From an uncultured Verrucomicrobiae bacterium (GTDB lineage Bacteria; Verrucomicrobiota; Verrucomicrobiia; Chthoniobacterales; JAATET01), in contig CAVRCI010000013.1 in the NCBI GenBank assembly GCA_963719495.1, forward strand, positions 672,001 to 736,000: a DNA stretch of 64,000 nt. Direction: 5' to 3'. Positions 22,275 to 32,690 of this stretch are shown in pieces. The notes below the pieces were generated by a model. It saw only the letters and a program-made list of their open reading frames with translations, had not been told where the DNA came from and ran no database searches. Each line of letters starts with the position of its first letter. The stretch's first letter is position 1. The position numbers and the translations under genes are program-made.

Positions 22275-22940
22275 ATGATGGATACTCCAGAGGATGAACG
22301 AACCCGCGCGCGAGATCGAGGAATTGCTCCAGAGACGGCCGCCGCCGAACTCCGAGCAATTCTGGAGGCAGGTGGAGAAGGCTCGGGAATACTCGCCCAA
22401 TCCCGGGGACTCGTCCGATGGGCGGGTTCGCGAGGAACCCTCCTCGGAGCTGGCTTCGACGTAGGCGAATTTCGCGATGGCGGTCTGGTGCATCGGATCG
22501 CGTTTGATGAGAGCGCGGGCATTGTTTACAAACTGACGTATGGTGCGGGGTTCGGCCGGACGTGCCGTGATCCGCGGCGAGGTTTGGCTCCGGCGACGCC
22601 TCTGGAGTATCTCGACCGCTGGTCGATTCACAATCGGTTGTTTGGGCGAATCACGTGGATCGTCGGAGTGCTGAATCCTGAGGGAGACGATTTTCCGCGA
22701 GTGGTGGTGGGGCAGACTGCCATTCGGGGCGAGTTGCCAAGCGTCGAGCGCGTCGCGGCATTCATGGTGCACGCTGGTTTTACCCCGCTCGGCTGGGGTC
22801 AATACTCCTGGATTGCTAGCAAACAGAGAATAGCGATCTTCGATGCCCGTCCGGCGAACTTCGTCGGGGTCGAGGAGCTGGCAGTTCCTTTCGATCTTAT
22901 TCCGGTTCGATCTTGGGATTCGTGGGCGGAGGTTCGGTAG
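22275..22940 (+). CDS. Putative polyvalent-protein-type kinase, copy 2 (divergent)
   Basis: GLVHRI, VYKLT, ATPLEYLDRW..HN.LFG, FDARPANFV, PFDLI. Confidence 0.65.
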   Translation: MMDTPEDERTRARDRGIAPETAAAELRAILEAGGEGSGILAQSRGLVRWAGSRGTLLGAGFDVGEFRDGGLVHRIAFDESAGIVYKLTYGAGFGRTCRDPRRGLAPATPLEYLDRWSIHNRLFGRITWIVGVLNPEGDDFPRVVVGQTAIRGELPSVERVAAFMVHAGFTPLGWGQYSWIASKQRIAIFDARPANFVGVEELAVPFDLIPVRSWDSWAEVR

Positions 22941-23035
22941 ATCAGTAGATCAGTAGATCTTCTGCGTGCGTTCCGCCTCGTTGCGGTTGAAGATGCGAAT
23001 CCCCGGTGCCTGCGCCCGGGGATATTTTTTTGATT

Positions 23036-23829
23036 TTGGATAACGAACACTTAACGATTCTGGGCCTCCGGTTTTAAACGGGAGGGAGTGCGATCGAAGA
23101 GCGCCTGGCCGATGGCGGGTTGGTGCTCGTGCCCTCCGGGCCGGGTCTGTCGGCTGATCTGCCGAATAAGGCCGTCTACCGCGATGCGGTGCTCCAGGCG
23201 GACATCATCATTCCCGACAGCGGGCTGATGGTTCTGCTCTGGAATCTGCTGAATCTGAACCGGAGCCACGTGAGGATCGCGCGGTATTCCGGCCTTAGGC
23301 TGCTGCGCGATCTGCTGCCACAACCGGAAGTGCGGACTGAGGGGGCTTCGTATTGGATCATGCCCGATCAGGTGGAGATCGACCGTACGGTGGCTTGGCT
23401 GCGGAGAGCGGGGTATGCGGATCTGTCGGAGGAGGATTGCTACCTGGCACCGTTTTACCGGGATCAATTGAACGCGGATGGCGGCGTGGAGGATGCCGTG
23501 CTGCTGGCGAAACTCGAGGAGCGACGGCCAGCCTACATCTTCGTCAATGTCGGGAGTGGGTCTAGGAACAGCTCGGCTGGTATCTGCGGAAGCACCTGTC
23601 TTACAAGCCGGCGATCCTTTGCACGGGCGCGGCCATCGCGTTTCTCACCGGCGGTCAGGCACCGATCCCGCCGTGGGCGGATCGGTTCTACCTCGGGTGG
23701 TTGCTGCGAATTCTTCGGAACCCGCGGCGATTCGGGCGACGTTATCTGAATGCGTTCAAGCTCGTGCCGCTGCTGGTTAAATATCGCGAGCGGCTGCCGC
23801 CGTTGAGGGGCGCAGCGGAGTTGCGGTGA
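23036..23829 (+). pseudogene. WecB/TagA/CpsF glycosyltransferase copy 3 (divergent 5' half, frameshifted)
   Basis: HLTILGLRF, VPSGPGL, IIPDSGLM; frameshifts near 23080-23110 and 23560. Confidence 0.85.
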
Positions 23830-24063
23830 CGAGCTTCGGGAATGCGAATACGGTTTTTGAACAGAAGATAGCAAAGGTCACAAAGGGATACAGGGGTGGC
23901 TAGTGACGCGTGGCGAGTGGCTGGTGGCTGGTGACGGGCAGCTCCGCTGCAGTGGCTGGTGGCTGGTGGCGCGTTGGATTTGCCCCGCTACCCGTGACTC
24001 GGAACTGACGGCGCCGGAGGCGGGGTTTCCAATAACTCGGGGTCGAGGGCTTTGGCCTGCTGG

Positions 24064-24495
24064 TTACCAGGTCAGCAGCGAGAGGCCGTCGACGCGGTCA
24101 AAGTGGCTGTCGCGTTGGGCCAGCGGCATGGAGCATTCGAGGGCGACGGCTGCGATCCAGATGTCGTTTTCGGGGATGGGCGTTCCGCGGGACTCGAGCG
24201 TGGCGGCGATCTGAGCATCGGCGTGCTGGGAGCGCGCGAGGCAGCCTTGAGCGTAGCGAAAGCCCGGAGGGCGACACGAGCGGGAGCGAGGGAGGCAACG
24301 TCGGTCTGTAGAAATTTCGAGCTGCGCTTTGGTCTTCTCGGGAACGCTGGATTTGAGGACGCCTTTGTAGAGCTCGCCCAAGGCGGTGAGCGGCAGGAAG
24401 AGCGGCTCGGCCGGAGGAGCTTTCTCGGCGAGGTTAATCCGGCCGCGTAGGTGCTCGATGACGACGCTGGTGTCGAGCAGGATGCCCTGGAGCAT
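24064..24495 (-). CDS. VapC PIN toxin carrying an in-frame ~90 bp element insertion (possibly inactive)
   Basis: LLDTSVVI, GELYKG, GTPIPENDIWIAA, RDSHF; non-family segment matches element 24214-24298. Confidence 0.8.
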   Translation of the reverse strand: MLQGILLDTSVVIEHLRGRINLAEKAPPAEPLFLPLTALGELYKGVLKSSVPEKTKAQLEISTDRRCLPRSRSCRPPGFRYAQGCLARSQHADAQIAATLESRGTPIPENDIWIAAVALECSMPLAQRDSHFDRVDGLSLLTW

Positions 24496-24719
24496 TACGA
24501 TTCGAGGCGGCGGCCACCGAGCATCGCGGCCTCGAAGGAGTGTCCGTCTTGTTCGGTGAGGACTCCGTGAGTCTGACGAAGAAGCGCCTGACGGTTTTTC
24601 TGGTCGGCCTCGCTGAGGCCGTGGACGTAGCGGGCCACCTCGACGAGTTTGGGCGTCGGCAGACTTTGGAGGTCTTTCAGGATGGATTCGATCACGTTCA
24701 CAGAAATTAATTGTAGCAT
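24495..24719 (-). CDS. Putative antitoxin
   Basis: Small helical ORF coupled (TAATG) to PIN gene; start uncertain. Confidence 0.6.
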   Translation of the reverse strand: MLQLISVNVIESILKDLQSLPTPKLVEVARYVHGLSEADQKNRQALLRQTHGVLTEQDGHSFEAAMLGGRRLES

Positions 24720-24742
24720 TGGAAGCAGCAAAGGCGAGTGGC

Positions 24743-24804
24743 GAGTTGCAGTTCACGCTTTAAGAGGCCCTGCGCGATTGGTGGACCGATTGCGGGGAGA
24801 AGGG
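24743..24804 (+). pseudogene. Epimerase C-terminal micro-fragment
   Basis: ELQFTL*EALRDWWTDCGEKG vs ELQFRLEEALRDWWMDCGEKG at the end of 20895-21913; bracketed by heptamer tracts. Confidence 0.7.
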
Positions 24805-25140
24805 GTGTTGGCGTGAATGGTGAATGGTCAATTGTGAATGGTGGGGTAAGCACCGGAGCCGTGGGACGGCTCGGGGCAGACTGGAGCAAAGCGACGGCCC
24901 GCAGGGCGACATAATGGAGCCGGAGGGTGTCGAGCGACATAGCCTGCCGCGAGGCAGCCCGAAGGGCCGAACTGCGGGAGCAGCGCGGGCAACCGGGAGC
25001 GAAGGAGTCAATCGAGTGTTTACAATAACCATCAACTATCAACCAATAACCAGTGGCTGGTAGCGCCCGGAGATCCCCAGTGGGTCGCAAGCGTAATTTT
25101 CCAGGTTGATCAGTTCTTTCAATGGATCTATAGAAATCTA

Positions 25141-25395
25141 ATGAAAGCTACGTATTCCGTTTCCCAGGCGCAGGCGGCACTTCCGCGCATCTTGAAGGAA
25201 GCAGAAGATGGTCTCATCGCGGTCAGCCGTCGCGATGTGACGGTGGCTTTCGTCGTTTCCCGCGATCGGATGGAGGCGATATTGGAAACAATGGAAATCC
25301 TGGCCAATCCGACGGCCATGAAACAGATTGAAGATTTCGAAGCAGGAAAGTTGAGTTTTCGCGATTTTTCCGCTCTCGATGACTTGGACGAATGA
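25141..25395 (+). CDS. Phd/YefM family antitoxin
   Basis: YSVSQAQAALPRIL...ETMEILAN. Confidence 0.8.
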   Translation: MKATYSVSQAQAALPRILKEAEDGLIAVSRRDVTVAFVVSRDRMEAILETMEILANPTAMKQIEDFEAGKLSFRDFSALDDLDE

Positions 25396-25667
25396 TTCGT
25401 CTTTCACGTCAGGTCGAAGATTTCGTTCGATGTCTCGCGCCAGTTCCGCGCCGCAAACTGAGATTGGCGATTCGCGATCTTGGTGAGAAATCCGCGGACG
25501 TGAAAAGCCTCGAGGACCGTCTCTCTGGTTTTCAGCGACTGCGGTGTGGCAGCTATCGGGTGATCTTTGCAACGCGAGTCGTCGACGGTATCCCGGTCCA
25601 TCATTGCCTCTTTGCAGAACATCGTTCGATTGTTTACGAGGCATTTGAACGAATGATGGGAGAGTGA
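25392..25667 (+). CDS. RelE/ParE family toxin
   Basis: DVKSLE...RLRCGSYRVIF...HRSIVYE; ATGA overlap. Confidence 0.8.
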   Translation: MIRLSRQVEDFVRCLAPVPRRKLRLAIRDLGEKSADVKSLEDRLSGFQRLRCGSYRVIFATRVVDGIPVHHCLFAEHRSIVYEAFERMMGE

Positions 25668-26042
25668 GGTTTGGGGAAAGCAGCTCTGCTACGGAGGCTG
25701 GTGGCGCGTTGGATTTGCCCCGCTACCCGCTACCCATGACTCGTAACCCGCTACCCGCATCTTATCGCCATTCCCTCTGCGTCCCTGCGACTCTGCGGGA
25801 TAAAAGCATCAATACAGGAACTCGCGCGGAGGCGCAGAGACGCAGAGGATGATATAAATGCGGATGAGGAAGAACTGCGGGAATATGAATACGGTTTTTG
25901 AACATAAGATCGCAAAGTTCGCGAAGAGATGCAGAGGGGGATTTCTGAGGTTGCAAGCCTTCCTTCCCGCAACGGCAACAGGACCGAACCGGGATCATCG
26001 GTTTGACTGTCAGCCGCGACTGTTCCAGATTATCCAAAAACG

Positions 26043-26294
26043 ATGAAGACGAAATTCACTTTTTGGCAAGAGGCTGACGGAAAATATTTGGGATACTTGA
26101 ATGACTATCCAGATCACTGGACTCAGGGCGACGACATGCAGGATCTAAGAGAACAGCTCGTTGATCTCTTTTCGACTTTCTCTTCCGAGAGCTTGCCCGG
26201 GATTCGAAGCTCGAGATCGCTTGAAACGCCGGGATTTGATCACAAACATCGAAGCGGCTGGCTGCCTTCTTTTACGGCACGGTTCCCGCCATGA
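26043..26294 (+). CDS. HicB-like antitoxin (C-terminus probably frameshifted)
   Basis: GYLNDYPDHWTQG...L...L.DL; likely native end LEIA* at 26224 is out of frame. Confidence 0.7.
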   Translation: MKTKFTFWQEADGKYLGYLNDYPDHWTQGDDMQDLREQLVDLFSTFSSESLPGIRSSRSLETPGFDHKHRSGWLPSFTARFPP

Positions 26295-26403
26295 TATTTA
26301 TCACAACCCAGCGACAGGGGTATCTCAGCCGGTTCCACGTCACCGAGAAATCAATGAGATCCTTGCAAAGAAGATCATCAGAGATCTGACGAAATTTGAG
26401 TAG
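26221..26403 (+). CDS. HicA family toxin
   Basis: MKRRDLI...GC...RHGSRHDIY.NP...VPRHREI. Confidence 0.9.
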   Translation: MKRRDLITNIEAAGCLLLRHGSRHDIYHNPATGVSQPVPRHREINEILAKKIIRDLTKFE

Positions 26404-27001
26404 TGAATCCAATCGAACCGTTGCTTCCTTAAAAAAATTCCCTCCGCGTCTCAGCGCCTTTGCATCGAGGGGTCGGTCATTCATATTGAAACATTTGGAG
26501 CTATCGGCATCGGATGACTGGTGAATGATCATTGAGTGGCGGGGATGCAGACTTCAGCTTCTTTGCTTCCTTCGCTGTCTTCTGTTAAAGATCGCATTGA
26601 TTTTGTCGCGGGTTTGCCAAGTTGTGATCGGTTTGGTCGTGCTCAGTTTTCCGAGCGTCATTTTTAATTTTTGCCTGGCTGCCGACTTGGCTCACCGCGT
26701 GGGCAGCTTCGGGACTGGTGAGGTTGCCAGCGAAACACGCGAATCGACGCGGATGCGTGACTCGTGAAAACGCGATCGATTGAACCGATGGGGTCAAATA
26801 CGTGCAGAAATCCGAAATCAGCAGCCGGGTTGAGACTCAGCGGACTGAGTCGGTCGGCCCGGCACTGGATTCGGTTGGTCGGTTGCCGGGAATGAGAATC
26901 GTTACGGGCGGCGCGAAGTTTGATCAGATAAACTGCGTGAGTCCGGACGACTCCCGATCCTTGTATGCGGCCCCGATCTCACGACCGGGGCCATTTTTAT
27001 T

Positions 27002-27793
27002 TTGCGAAACAATCATTTGACCATTCTCGGGATCCGCTTCGACGTGGGCGGATCGGACCTCGTGGGATCGCTGCGCGCGGGAGGACTCGTCCAAGTGCCC
27101 TCGGGCCCTGGGCTGGCCGACGATTTATCGAACCTTTCCGCTTGCCGGGATGCGTTGCTGGGCGCGGACTTCGTGATCCCGGACAGCGGGTTGATGGTCC
27201 TCGCCTGGAATCGGTTCCTGCGTCGACCGGACCAGCCGAGACTGGAGCGTTACTCGGGGCTGAAACTCCTTCGCGATCTCCTGCCGGAGGCCGACGTGAA
27301 GCGGGCGGGGGCGTCGTTCTGGGTGATGCCGACGAACGCGGAACAGGAGCACAATCTGGCTTGGCTGCGAGGACGGAGTCACGCGCTAACCGAGGAGGAC
27401 TGTTACCTGGCGCCCCTTGTATCGTGACCGATTGAAGCCGACGGTGGGGTGGAAGATGCGGAGTTGCTTGCGGTGATCGAGCGTCGGAGGCCGGTCTGCA
27501 TCTTCGTGAATGTCGGGAGCGGGGTGCAGGAACAGCTGGGCTGGTATCTGCGGAAGAACCTGTCTTACAAACCGGCGATCCTTTGCACGGGTGCGGCGAT
27601 CGCGTTTCTCACCGGTGGGCAGGCCCCGATCCCGCCGTGGGCGGATCGGTACTATCTCGGGTGGTTGCTGCGAATTCCGAGGGACCCGAAGCGCTTCGGG
27701 CGACGGTATCTGAATGCGTTCAAGCTCGTGCCGCTGCTGGTTAAGTATCGAGAGCGGCTGCCGCCGCTGAGGGGCGCAGCGGAGTTGCGGTGA
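27002..27793 (+). pseudogene. WecB/TagA/CpsF glycosyltransferase copy 4 (chimeric, frameshifted)
   Basis: 5' half near-identical to copies 1/2; break near 27420; 3' end resembles copy 3. Confidence 0.85.
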
Positions 27794-28492
27794 CGAGCTT
27801 CGGGAATGCGAATACGGTTTTTGAACAGAAGGTAGCAAAGGTCACAAAGGGATCCAGGGGTGGCTAGTGACGCGTGGCGCGTTGGATCTGACCCGTCACC
27901 GGCTACTCGTAACCCGCAACTCATCGCCATTCCTCCGCGTCTCGGCGCGAGATGACTTCCTCTCAACTCTCAACTGGGGCGACCGGGTCCGAGAGCGGTA
28001 TTTCCAATAACCAATAAATACCAACTATGAACTGGGACCGAAGATCGCAAAGGCGGGAGAGTTTGCTCTTCCGCCTTTTTTGTGCCGGGATGGCGGTTGG
28101 TGGGGCTGGGACGGCGTTGGGTTGGTTGATGGATGGATAGGCGGCGCGTCGGGAGGAGGCGACGGCGGGTTTGGCAAAACCGCCCTACCAATTGGGAAGA
28201 TGGGACCGTTTGCCAAACGGTCCGTGGCTGGGGTCAGCTCCGCTTCCCTCTTTCCTCTTCCCTCGAATTCCAGTCGACCAATAACCATCAACCGCGTGCG
28301 CAGCGCGCAGATCCTGTCCGGTCGGTAATTGTTGCGAAAGATAGTAGTCGAAAGGTCCGGGAGGAGGCGCTACCGTCCTCTCGTTGAAACTGATACGGTT
28401 GTGCGATGGAATCCGTTTGGGGAACTGACTCCGATTTACGAAGAGGCGAGGAAGCAATCGCAGGCCGGGACGGAGGCGGAGATCGATGCGGA

Positions 28493-28804
28493 TTGGATTT
28501 CGAACAAGCGATCCGAGAATGGCTCGACTACGCGGCGCGGACCGGACACCTACGTATTACCGGCAAGCGGAAATTTGCTTCGGATCTAGAACTCATCGAA
28601 ACAATGGAGGCGGAGGCCGAAAGCCTCTTCCAATTCGCCCGGGCAATCGGTCTCGATTTGTCCGAATCACTCGATGAAATCATTCACCGAACTCTCCCGA
28701 TCCGTACTGGGAATGAACACCGGGTCTACCGCGCGACGGTGGCGGGAAGGCGGCGCTTCATTAAGATCACCCATGCGGGCAAGTATACCGGATCAACAGG
28801 ATGA
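28493..28804 (+). pseudogene. Polyvalent-type kinase copy 3, truncated
   Basis: SDLELIETMEAEA, LPIRTGNEHRVYRA, IKITHAGKY homologous to copy 1; ends after the N-lobe. Confidence 0.7.
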
Positions 28805-29074
28805 CTCGGAGGGTCTTACGAGGCTTCACTCGGTTACCCGGCGAGTGAATTGGGTTTCCGTTCGGAGGTTCTAGAATTCAATCCTCTCAATCCTCTCGAT
28901 CTTGTCAATTGCCTTTCAGGCTGTCTCCGCTGCGCTCCGGCTCTGTCCACCCCGGATTTAGGATAACGAACAATCATCAACCACGAACCAGAATCATTAT
29001 CTCGGTTTCCGAGATAGCGAGACCGACGGGTTCAGATCCAATATCCGAGGTTCTCGGCCTTGCACGCCTGATTT

Positions 29075-29540
29075 ATGCGTATCTACATCGAGACAACGAT
29101 TCCGAGCTACTTGACCGCCAACAGGGCCCGCGAAGTCGTCCAAATTGCTCTCCAACAGACAACGAAGGACTGGTGGTAGACCGAACGAGAGAAACACGGT
29201 TTGGATACTTCCTTGATCACTCTTCAGGAAGCGGGCGGTGGGGATTCTGAGGCTGCTCAACGCAGACTTGGTAGTTCTCAAGGGGATTCCGCTATTGGAG
29301 ATCACGCCTGAGGTCGAAGGAATGACATCTTCAATTGTGGATTCAAGGATATTGCCGCCCACAGCCGAGCGTGACGCTGCCGACGTCGCTGTTGCTACCT
29401 ACCATGAACTGGATATTATCCTGACTTGGGACTGTCGTCACATTGCCAACGCAACCATCCGTAAGCCTCTACAGAAGTTGATCGAATCGCTCGGCTACGA
29501 GCTTCCAATTATTTGCACGCCAGAGGAACTAATCTCATGA
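29075..29540 (+). pseudogene. PIN domain toxin with internal TAG and frameshift
   Basis: MRIYIETTIPSYL...QQTTKDWW*...AAQRRL / ...LTWDCRHIAN...ICTPEEL. Confidence 0.8.
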
Positions 29541-29779
29541 TCACCCAGGACTTCCCGTCAATTGCAGACGAGACAATGAAAGAAGTGTGGGAAATTAAGG
29601 ATTCTCTTTCACGAAGGTATAATCATGACGTTGGTTTACTTTTCAAGGGTCTGTACACAGAGCAGGCCTCCGACAGTGAGAACACGGTCAATTTGAAACG
29701 GAAAAATGCGGCCCAACGAAGTGCTGCATCTCGCGCAGAGGCGCAGGCGCGGAGGGGGTGGCTGGTGACGGGTAGCTGA
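29537..29779 (+). CDS. Small partner protein of PIN gene (putative antitoxin)
   Basis: ATGA overlap; DETMKEVWEIKD helical motif; C-terminus runs into repeat. Confidence 0.55.
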   Translation: MITQDFPSIADETMKEVWEIKDSLSRRYNHDVGLLFKGLYTEQASDSENTVNLKRKNAAQRSAASRAEAQARRGWLVTGS

Positions 29780-29840
29780 TAACCCGTGACTCTTGGCTCG
29801 TGACTCGCCTTCGCCACCGCAGCGGAGTTGCCTCGCGCTC

Positions 29841-30122
29841 TCACTCCTGGAGGCGCGATTGAAACACTTCGTAGACCCACCTCCGACTTTCGAGGAAGAC
29901 ACAGGTGATGGTGCGCGTTCCTTCAATGAAATCATACTGAAAGATCACCCGATAGCTGCCGACTCGACGGCGAAAGTAACCGTCGAGTTCGTCAACTAGC
30001 GGTCTGATGTCTCCTCGTTCTTCGCTCAGGCCTTTGATCGCCAATCGGATGGCGTGCCTTGGTTTGGGTGGGAGGCGACGGAGAGTCTCGAGCACGTCCT
30101 GCTGAACTCGGATCCTGATCAT
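29841..30122 (-). CDS. RelE/ParE family toxin
   Basis: Paralog of 25392-25667 (RLAI..L, DI..L, VGSYRVIF, R..VYE). Confidence 0.8.
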   Translation of the reverse strand: MIRIRVQQDVLETLRRLPPKPRHAIRLAIKGLSEERGDIRPLVDELDGYFRRRVGSYRVIFQYDFIEGTRTITCVFLESRRWVYEVFQSRLQE

Positions 30123-30367
30123 ATGTCATCGAGGGCGGAGACGTCGTGGTAAATGGCCTGACCGGCTTCGTGAGCGCGAATCGCGGTCATGGCTGCGGGA
30201 CTACTCAGGATTTCCATTGTCTCAGAAATGGCCTCCATTCGGTCGATCGAGATCAGAACCGCGACCGCTTTTCCTTGGTTGGTGATGGTGACCGGGTGAT
30301 CCAACGACTCTTTGACGACGGCGGAAAAACGCTGTTGGGCAGTTTTGATGGTGTAGGAATCGGCCAT
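30119..30367 (-). CDS. Phd/YefM family antitoxin
   Basis: YTIKTAQQRFS..V, PVTIT..GK.VAV, ETMEIL; upstream palindrome CACCCTTTTC...GAAAAGGGTG (~30380-30403). Confidence 0.85.
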   Translation of the reverse strand: MADSYTIKTAQQRFSAVVKESLDHPVTITNQGKAVAVLISIDRMEAISETMEILSSPAAMTAIRAHEAGQAIYHDVSALDDI

Positions 30368-30839
30368 GACACAAAATTACACCCTTTTCTCTGGAAAAGG
30401 GTGATGAAATTCTCGATTCAACTTTTAGAGTTTCCGAGTTTTTAGGTTCTGAGCATCGAGCCGCGGGAGCGGCTGAGGCAGACTGCGTCGTCGAAGGGTC
30501 GTCGAAGACTCGGTCATTCGTATTGACGCATTTTGAGCTTTCGACGTCGGATGATCGTTGGTGGCGGGAATGCGAAATCCGGGTTCTTCGCTCCCTTCTG
30601 TCGAAGATCGCATTGATTTTGTCGCGGGTTTGCCAAGTTGTGACCGGTCCGGTGGCGCTCAGTTTTCTGAGCGCCATTTTTTATTTTTCCCTGCGGGCTG
30701 CGCCGCATCTTGGGGAGATTGCCTGGCTGCCGGTTTAGCTCACCGCGTGGGCGGTTTCTCGCTCGGGTGAAGATTTACGGACGGCAGTGCCGTTTCTGCT
30801 GCTCGATGAGACGACGGGGCTGTTGTCGCGGTCCGGGCG

Positions 30840-30965
30840 GCGCGTGATCGTTTCAGCGGTGGTGCTCGTTGCCTTGGTGGTCCTGATCGAAGGCGCGCAG
30901 TATTTTGTTCCCGGTCGCACGGCGTCGAACCACGACGTAGGATGGGGGTCGCTTGGCGGATCGTC
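30840..30965 (+). pseudogene. VanZ-like fragment (copy 3)
   Basis: LIEGAQYFVPGRTAS..DVGWG. Confidence 0.6.
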
Positions 30966-31132
30966 TGATTGTCTCTTGGGTGTTTGCTGCGGAAACTTGG
31001 CGGGCGCGTTTATCCGTTGAGGACGAGCGAAGTTTAGCCGCAAGCACCGGAGTCGTGGGACGGCTCGGGGCAGACTGCATTGGCTCTGCAATGCAGCCCG
31101 CAGGGCGAGACGAGCGGGAGCGAGCGAGTCAA

Positions 31133-31888
31133 CACCGGACGCCGGGGCACCCTGAGCACGAGCATTCCGAGACAAACCTGCGCGGAGCGGAGAATGCGTG
31201 TGCCTTCGCCCGGGAGCACGATGTGCGGACGATTGTGTTCAGGAGTTCGATCGCGCCTTACGGGGCCTCGGAGCCGCTCAAAACCGAGGACACTTTGCCG
31301 CTGCCGAATACGGCTGACGGGATTTCGAAGCTGGTGGCGGAGCACATTCACCGGACGTGGCAGGCGGGGCGACCGGACGAGCGTCGGCTCGTGATCGTGC
31401 GGCCGGGGGTGGTCTTTGGTGCTGGCGAGGGCGGGAACGTCACGAGATTGGCGGGGTCGATGGCGCGGAAGCGATTTGTGTATCTGGTGCGCAAGGACAC
31501 GATCAAGGCGTGCATCTACGTGAAGGACGTGGCGCGCCTGTTGGCTGAAATGGCCGCGAGGACCGAGCCGGGCGTGTTTTTGTATAATCTGACTTACGAG
31601 CCCGCTCCGACGATCGAGGGGATTTGCGGGGCAATCTCGCGAGTGACGGGTGCGCCGCTGCCGAAGCTGGTTGTGCCCGGCTCGATGTTGCGAGCGGTCG
31701 CAGCGGTCCTTAAGCCGCTGCAGGGTCTTCTCGGAGAGGGCTTTCATCCTGACCGGGTGAAGAAGCTCATGGTCTCGAACAACATGGCGGGCCGGAAGCT
31801 CCTGGATGACGGCTATCGACTGGAGTTCAGCCTCGAGGAAGCACTCCGCGACTGGCAGCAGGACTGCGTGGGTGGTGATCTAGTTTAG
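31133..31888 (+). pseudogene. NAD-dependent epimerase, 5'-truncated paralog
   Basis: Starts at HRTPGHP right after the ~90 bp element; catalytic YGISK changed to DGISK; 3' end diverges from 20895 copy. Confidence 0.85.
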
Positions 31889-32088
31889 CGGGCAAAGGGG
31901 AGCGGGGCCGTCCCGTCCCCGAGCTGGAATTGAATTCGCGAGGACGGATGCCCTTACTCCCGGCGCGAAAGATGCGGACGGTATACGGTCGGTTTCGTTC
32001 GGCGAATGCGAATTGACTGCGGTTGTCTGAATCCGGCGGTTGCCGGACTCCGGATGCCGCTCCTCGAGCGATTCATTCCTCTCAACTC

Positions 32089-32358
32089 TCAACCCTCAAC
32101 CCAGGAGTTCCGTAGCGGGTCTTCACCGAACTGGCACTGGATCAACCGGACGAACCTGCGAGCATGCTCGATCTCTGGAAATGCGATATCGGTCGCGGTC
32201 AATAATGCCTTCAGCATTTTCTCCGCTGCCTGCTGGCAAAGATAGACGCCGGTGTCGAGTCGCTGCCTGAAACCTTCGATCAGGATCTCGGCGGTTTCGA
32301 GATCGCTGGAAGCCTTGTCGATCCACGCCTGGACCAATTCCCGCTTTTCAGCGTTCGT
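32089..32358 (-). pseudogene. HEPN toxin copy 3 (start ATG->ACG, 3' truncated)
   Basis: W..KA..DL..A, YLCQQAAEKMLKA; ends at CTCAAC(T/C) heptamer tract. Confidence 0.75.
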
Positions 32359-32690
32359 AGAGAAGGCGTCCCTCCCGCGCCACCGAACTGGCCAGAGAGA
32401 CGGGCACCTTGAGTTGGCGTTCCCATTCCTCCTTGGTGAGCACGATCACGTCTTTTGGCACGCGGATATCGGCGACGAGCTCGAGGGCCTCGACCGGGCG
32501 CTGATACCGGGATTTCGACGACGTTGGAACGACGGCGAGGAGATCAATGTCACTGTCGGCTGTGGCCGCTCCCCGGGCAACGGAGCCAAACAACCAGATC
32601 GCATCGGCCGCCATCGCGCTCCCCAGCCGATTGGAGACCAGCTCGGCAAGTTCCGGAAGCCGACCGGTCCATTGAAAGGCTGTCGACCGA
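32348..32690 (-). CDS. MNT antitoxin, copy 3 (divergent, start uncertain)
   Basis: IWLFGSVARG...DSDIDLL; C-terminal SLAS.V.REGR.LYER shared with copies 1/2. Confidence 0.85.

Noticed and set aside
9853..27793. Diversity-generating retroelement template/variable repeats
   Set aside because: No reverse transcriptase; differences between copies are not adenine-specific.
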